Shown piece by piece: positions 59,401 to 64,000 of a DNA stretch of 64,000 nucleotides. Both the position numbers and the translations under genes were made by a program. The stretch comes from Candidatus Woesearchaeota archaeon. Lineage in GTDB: Archaea > Nanobdellota > Nanobdellia > Woesearchaeales > GW2011-AR9. Where the stretch lies: NCBI GenBank assembly GCA_018302605.1, contig JAGVZN010000019.1:29803-93802 (forward strand). The letters run 5' to 3'. The notes beneath the pieces were generated by a model, which saw only the letters and a program-made list of their open reading frames with translations, ran no database searches and was not told where the DNA came from. Each line of letters starts with the position of its first letter. Positions within the stretch are counted from its first letter, which is position 1.

Positions 59401-59737
59401 TCATTTTCTTTTTGTCAGCTGAGCAGGATATTCCCTAAAGAAGTACTCTGCCCAAACATCACGATCGATCCCGACTTGATCGGCATGAATCCAAAAACCA
59501 CGCGCATCCTGAGTGAATAAATTATACGATTGCAACAAGATTTTGCCGGACCAAACAGTCTTTTCCCGATTAGCTGGGTCATAGATTGTCAGGAAATCGT
59601 CGTCTTTCAGGACATGGCACAAAACTAATGTATTGGGCATCCTGAAACGCCCAATGTCCGCCTTCCGTGCCCGTTTCGGAAAAAAAATGGAGGACTCCTT
59701 CCAGCGTCTTTGGGGTATTGGCCTCTGTTTTGTCCAC
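59401..59737 (-). pseudogene. Probable frameshifted small hypothetical gene
   Basis: The GTG 59737 frame reads ...LEGVLHFFSETGTEGGHWAFQD and stops at 59579. An overlapping +1 frame (59640-59401) reads HVLKDDDFLTIY...WIHADQ.G...WAEYFF. Confidence 0.5.
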
Positions 59738-59888
59738 TACCTGATTATAACATCAGCCATTAAAAATCTTATTTACTGAGTTCTGGCATTCCGGCACAAT
59801 CCGAAAATGAGTGATAGTTCAAAAAAGGAGAGTGCCAGCATTCCAAAAACTATATAAAACACGGCGTCCATTGATCAGATTAACAATA

Positions 59889-59921
59889 GTTAAGTTATGT
59901 TAAGTTATGTTAAGGTGTGTT
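59889..59921. repeat. 10-bp tandem repeat upstream of radical SAM start
   Basis: GTTAAGTTAT twice plus degenerate GTTAAGGTGT. Confidence 0.7.
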
Positions 59922-61457
59922 ATGGCTCCCCCTACGGAAACAGTTCAACGAGAACAGACGGTAACTGGCCTGCCTACGCAAGATGAGGCCGATGCCTGGA
60001 AGCCGGAATATCAGCCTCGTTTTAAACGGATTCTGTTTGTGGTGACCGAAGTATCGGCCAGCTACGGCCGGGCGCTCAACCCGCACTTGGGAGTAGCCAT
60101 GCTCATGGCCTATCTTGACAAGCACGGGATAGAAAATGCGGTCATCGATCTACAGCTGGATTACACCGTTGATGATGTCGTTCAGAAAGCAAAGGAGTCC
60201 AAAGCAGACGCGATCGGCATCACCATGTTTAGTTTCGATTTCGTCAACACCTACAATATTATTGACCAGATCCAGGAAAAGACCGGCTTGCCGGTCATTC
60301 TCGGCGGCGCGCACATTTCCACGGTCAAAGGCGAAGTATTGGAAAGAACAAAAGCCGAATACGCCATCACCCGCGACGGAGAGATTCCCCTCCTGCAGTT
60401 GTGTCTGGGATATCCTCTCGACCAGATCAAAAGTCTGGTCTGGAAGGATAAAGGGGGGAAGATTGTTGAGAACCAGATCCGAAAATTGAATTGGCAATTG
60501 GACGATCTCCCTCATCCAGCGTACCATAAATTTGAATTACAGAGATATATCCACTTTATTGACAAGCGTCTGCCAATCGAGACTTCCCGTGGCTGTCCTT
60601 ATAGCTGCACCTATTGCGATGTCAAGATCAGCATGGGCCAAGCCTTCCGCCCCCGCGGGCCGGAACATATTCTCACCGAGATCAAATACTTTTATGATCA
60701 AGGCTATCGTTTCTTTGAATTTGTCGATGATGTTTTTACCATGGACCTTAATCGGGCCAAGACCGTCTGCCGGATGATCCTCGGCAGCGGAATGAAATTT
60801 CGCTGGAATTGCGCCAATGGCATCCGCGCGGATCGGGTCGATGAAGAATTGCTCCGCCTGATGAAAGATGCCGGCTGTGAATTTGTTGCTTATGGCCTCG
60901 AAAGCGGCAACCCGGAAATGCTCAAGATCATCAAGAAAGCGATCACGCTGGAAAAGGCAACGGAGACGTTTCATCTCACTAAAAGAATCGGGCTGAAATT
61001 CGCGGTTAATTTCATCATCGGCCATCAGGAAGAGACTTTTGAGCGGGCGATGGATTCGATCAGGTATGCCCAATCCATCCCTGCGGATTATGTCAATTTC
61101 TCCAATATGATCCCCTATCCCGGCACGGAGATCTATCAGTGGCTCTGCAATAACGAGAAATCGGGGCGGGCGCGCTTTTTAGTGCCGAAAGAAGAATTCC
61201 TGAAAAATTCGACGACAAAATTAGGATTGCCCGTGTTTGAGACAGATGAATTCAGTTATGCTGAGAGGGTCAAGGCGTTGAAACTCGGCCGTGGGTTAGC
61301 GAAGAAGTCTCATCTAAAATACCGGCTGGGGCCGGTGATCGGCAGTGCGATTTATCAAATATCGCGCAATGATCAAGCGTATAACGCTTTAAGACGTTTT
61401 GCTACCGGGTCACATTTTGGGAAGAGGCTGTATAATCAGTTTAGAAGGGTGTATTGA
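59922..61457 (+). CDS. B12-binding class B radical SAM protein
   Basis: LGGAH, DGE, TSRGCPYSCTYC, VDDVF, GLESGN and PYPGT motifs. Confidence 0.92.
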   Translation: MAPPTETVQREQTVTGLPTQDEADAWKPEYQPRFKRILFVVTEVSASYGRALNPHLGVAMLMAYLDKHGIENAVIDLQLDYTVDDVVQKAKESKADAIGITMFSFDFVNTYNIIDQIQEKTGLPVILGGAHISTVKGEVLERTKAEYAITRDGEIPLLQLCLGYPLDQIKSLVWKDKGGKIVENQIRKLNWQLDDLPHPAYHKFELQRYIHFIDKRLPIETSRGCPYSCTYCDVKISMGQAFRPRGPEHILTEIKYFYDQGYRFFEFVDDVFTMDLNRAKTVCRMILGSGMKFRWNCANGIRADRVDEELLRLMKDAGCEFVAYGLESGNPEMLKIIKKAITLEKATETFHLTKRIGLKFAVNFIIGHQEETFERAMDSIRYAQSIPADYVNFSNMIPYPGTEIYQWLCNNEKSGRARFLVPKEEFLKNSTTKLGLPVFETDEFSYAERVKALKLGRGLAKKSHLKYRLGPVIGSAIYQISRNDQAYNALRRFATGSHFGKRLYNQFRRVY

Positions 61458-61474
61458 GGGTGGTTAGGGGTAAA

Positions 61475-61502
61475 ATGGGGTATAACCAATGTTATACGCA
61501 AT
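61475..61502. other. dif-like tyrosine-recombinase site (11-6-11)
   Basis: ATGGGGTATAA-CCAATG-TTATACGCAAT. The arms are 9/11 complementary, with the conserved ATAA-N6-TTAT core. Confidence 0.65.
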
Positions 61503-61622
61503 TCAAAAAATATTTTTCTACTATGAATAACAAGATAGGCTTTCAAAAGAAATGGATAAATTTGCTTTTTTCTTTTATTATAGAGGGGGATAATATGGTG
61601 TTTTCTCCGCTACGCTCCGAAA

Positions 61623-61638
61623 ACGAATTATTTATAAA
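61623..61638 (+). promoter_or_regulatory. Archaeal BRE/TATA-like promoter of the cassette gene
   Basis: ACGAATTA-TTTATAAA, 25 nt before ATG 61663. Confidence 0.55.
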
Positions 61639-61662
61639 GTTCAATCATTAACTTAAAACATT

Positions 61663-63093
61663 ATGGGATACATCTCACAATCCGCAGGCTACTTGTTCTT
61701 GGCAATCTTTGGTATTGCTATGGTGCTGGTCACCTACTTCTTTGCCAGATGGAAAAAGTGGCATACAAAAGAGGGTTTTTTAGTGGCAGGCCGACAAGTT
61801 GGCTGGGGTATTGGAGCATCAAGCATCGCCGCCTCTTGGATATGGGCGCCTGCTCTTTTTGTTTCAGTTCAACTCTCTTATCAAAAAGGGTTAGCTGGTA
61901 TTTTTTGGTTTACTGCTCCAAACATTTTAGCATTGGCAATTTTTGCCTTCCTCGCTCCTCGCATTAGAAAATTATTGCCCGAAGGCTACACCCTTCCGCA
62001 ATATATTCGCCACCGTCTGCAAAGCGAAAAAGTGCACAAAATCTACTTGTTTCCCTACTTTTTTTATCAACTCATGGCGATAACCGTTCAGCTTTTTGCT
62101 GGAGGTAGTTTAGTTTCGCTTCTTACAGGTATACCGCTGACGATTGTTATGCCAATTTTAGCGGTTATCGCTTTAGTCTATACCCTCATTTCGGGGCTTG
62201 AAGCTTCAATCATTACAGATTTTGTGCAGCTTGCTATGATATTCGTTATCGGCGCAATTATTTTGCCAATGACTTGGGCGGCAGCCGGTGGCTCATCAGC
62301 AATCAGTGCAGGATTGAATGGAATCGAGGGAATCAAAAATATCTTTGATCCTGGCGTAGCCTTCTCGCTTGGAATTGTTACCGCAATCGGTTTAATCGCA
62401 GGCGCTATATCCGATCAACAATATTGGCAAAGAACTTTTGCTATCAAGAAAAATCAACTCGTTAAAGCATTCGTTGTCGGAGCATTACTTTTTGGCATTG
62501 TGCCAATCGCTTTATCGACTCTAGGCTTTTTGGCTGCCAACCCTGCGCTTGGTGTTGTTCTGCCAGCAGGTGTTGATGTTTCAATGATTGGCGTGCAAAC
62601 AGTCGCTAACTTATTGCCAACATGGGCGGTATTCTTATTCGTTGTAATGCTCCTCTGCGGTTTGAGCTCAACGCTTGACTCTGGTTTATCCGCTGCAAGT
62701 TCTTTGTGGGTTACTGATGTTAAAAAATCCAAAAACGATGATGAAGCGATAAAATCAGCGAGGGCGGCAATGATTGGAATCACAATTGTTGGTCTGGCAA
62801 TTGCCCCTCAATTTGGCTTATTCCATTTGTGGTGGATATTTAACACAATTGCGGCCTGTATCGTTGTGCCAACAATTCTTAGTTTGTACTGGAGCAGGTT
62901 AGACGCAAGAGGCGTGTTTTGGGGCGTACTTGTCGCCTTTGTAGTCGGCTTGCCACTCTTTATTTATGGCAATGTCATTGATAATCCAGTTTGGACTGTT
63001 GGAGCGTCGTTATTCATTATCGCTATCAGCACCGTTTTCTGTCTGGCAATGCCAAGAAAAACAGCATGGAAACCTGCGGAACTATCAGAATAA
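61663..63093 (+). CDS. Sodium:solute symporter (SSS family, urea/proline-like)
   Basis: FLVAGR, SIAASWIW, YTL...R, YTLISGLEASIITDFVQ, DQQYWQR and SSTLDS motifs. Confidence 0.9.
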   Translation: MGYISQSAGYLFLAIFGIAMVLVTYFFARWKKWHTKEGFLVAGRQVGWGIGASSIAASWIWAPALFVSVQLSYQKGLAGIFWFTAPNILALAIFAFLAPRIRKLLPEGYTLPQYIRHRLQSEKVHKIYLFPYFFYQLMAITVQLFAGGSLVSLLTGIPLTIVMPILAVIALVYTLISGLEASIITDFVQLAMIFVIGAIILPMTWAAAGGSSAISAGLNGIEGIKNIFDPGVAFSLGIVTAIGLIAGAISDQQYWQRTFAIKKNQLVKAFVVGALLFGIVPIALSTLGFLAANPALGVVLPAGVDVSMIGVQTVANLLPTWAVFLFVVMLLCGLSSTLDSGLSAASSLWVTDVKKSKNDDEAIKSARAAMIGITIVGLAIAPQFGLFHLWWIFNTIAACIVVPTILSLYWSRLDARGVFWGVLVAFVVGLPLFIYGNVIDNPVWTVGASLFIIAISTVFCLAMPRKTAWKPAELSE

Positions 63094-63272
63094 GAAATAA
63101 TAATGTGTTTTGAAAAATGAAATTCACCCCTCACCCCTCTTTCATTTTTCAAAACGGAAAAAATCAAATTTATTCTTGAAAAAGAAAGCCTATCAAATAA
63201 ATGAGAACGAAAAATATTTTTTGAACTCTTCGCCAGCCCTTCGGGACGTTGCACTCTGGCTCGGCCTGCGGC

Positions 63273-63394
63273 GCGTATAACACAGAATATGCGGTTTCGC
63301 TCGGTTGCACCTCGCTACACTCATATTTGGCAGGGCTACCGCTTCGCGATATTATAGCCCTGCCAAACATCGCATATTCTGAAACGTTATACGC
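63273..63394. repeat. attC-like long imperfect hairpin
   Basis: Nested stems GCGTATAAC/GTTATACGC, CAGAATATGCG/CGCATATTCTG and TTTGGCAGGGCTA/TAGCCCTGCCAAA. It spans 118 bp from GTATAAC to GTTATAC. Confidence 0.8.
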
Positions 63395-63545
63395 AATTCA
63401 CCTTCCCACCCACAATGGTTCGTTCCCAAAATATCAATCACCTCCCGGCCCAGCCACCAGCTAAACAGATACAATTATTCAACTTAATAGGATATCCATC
63501 TCTCAAGATATAAATTATTAAAAAGGGAACGATAACAATTAGATT

Positions 63546-64000
63546 ATGCCTACACTTACAGAATTAATTGACCATCAAAGGAATTATAATCTTGCTCTTA
63601 TTGAACAGCAGAGACAGGAAGCGCTTAAAGAACCAGACAAACTTTCATTAACATTGGTTAAAAAGCAATTGTATGTTACCAATCATGATAGTCCCAGTTT
63701 AGGGGTTTGGGAAGATGTGCTAGTTCGAGAAGATATTGTTGGTGTCTATCTTTCGACGGCGATGAAAAGCACAGAGATTCAAGATAGAAAGGACGAACTC
63801 CGGCGAGAACTTCGACAAAGAGATCAATTGGATCAAATGCGTGATCAGTGGATCAAAGGAGTCCAAAGAAATGCACGGTTGGAGTATAACACCGAGAGAA
63901 TAGACGTTCCAGTCGCACAAATGGTAGACCAACCAGATGGTGCTTATTGGTTAAAACCCACTAGCAAAGACGAATGTCGCCTATTTAAAATCGAGAATCT
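63546..64000 (+). CDS. Hypothetical protein (partial, runs off right edge)
   Basis: Manual translation MPTLTELIDHQRNYNLALIEQQRQEALKEP... is open to the window end. Confidence 0.6.
   Translation, partial: MPTLTELIDHQRNYNLALIEQQRQEALKEPDKLSLTLVKKQLYVTNHDSPSLGVWEDVLVREDIVGVYLSTAMKSTEIQDRKDELRRELRQRDQLDQMRDQWIKGVQRNARLEYNTERIDVPVAQMVDQPDGAYWLKPTSKDECRLFKIEN

Larger units (their letters stand above)
61491..63400 (+). mobile_element. Gene cassette (SSS transporter) integrated at a dif-like site
   Basis: 15-bp direct repeat GTTATACGCAATTCA at 61491-61505 and 63386-63400, long imperfect inner inverted repeats, and an attC-like hairpin at the right end. Confidence 0.75.

Noticed and set aside
59889..59921. 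CRISPR array
   Set aside because: 10-bp contiguous repeats without spacers, and no cas genes.
61454..61651. 65-aa ORF
   Set aside because: It runs across the dif-like site, the inverted-repeat arm and the promoter, so it is likely spurious.
63170..63464. Short ORFs (66 and 71 aa) or a tRNA in the GC-rich stretch
   Set aside because: They overlap the palindromic hairpin and have no protein motifs. There is no cloverleaf or T-loop consensus.
61475..64000. Classical integron (intI-attI-cassette array)
   Set aside because: No integrase ORF and only one attC-like hairpin are visible, and the left site looks dif-like rather than attI-like. An integrase beyond the window cannot be excluded.

Overview
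This 64 kb window looks archaeal, probably DPANN/Woesearchaeota-like. That is an inference from TATA-box-like TTTATA/TTTAAA motifs about 25-30 nt upstream of many starts, COG1665-like and DUF4346 genes, Dol-P-type GT2s and heavy gene fusion. About 1-57.6 kb is one very large surface-glycan locus. It includes a ketose/polyol module (AlsE/Rpe-like, EryC-like, two Zn-dehydrogenases, IPMAG nucleotidyltransferases), flippases and tailoring enzymes, and a nonulosonic-acid pathway (NeuA/NeuB fusions, HisH/HisF-driven acetamidino formation). It also includes a WbpB/E/D/I-like diacetamido-uronic acid pathway, GT-C/GT2/Alg13-14 transferases, and three B12-dependent radical SAM enzymes and three ferredoxins (the third of each lying just beyond, at 58-61.5 kb). 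Two things stand out. (1) At 61.47-63.40 kb a sodium:solute symporter gene sits in an apparent mobile cassette integrated at a 28-bp dif-like (11-6-11) site. It is bounded by a 15-bp direct repeat, long imperfect inverted repeats and an attC-like hairpin, which suggests a Xer/integron-like single-strand cassette. (2) At 17.9-25.7 kb is a block of paired nucleotide-handling paralogues: two degenerate HIT proteins, two COG1665-like nucleotidyltransferases (one fused to AlkP and Mesh1-like HD domains), a second AlkP, and an RHH protein sharing an LGYLG tail. No tRNA, rRNA or CRISPR array was recognised. All family calls come from motif recognition by eye, not database searches.
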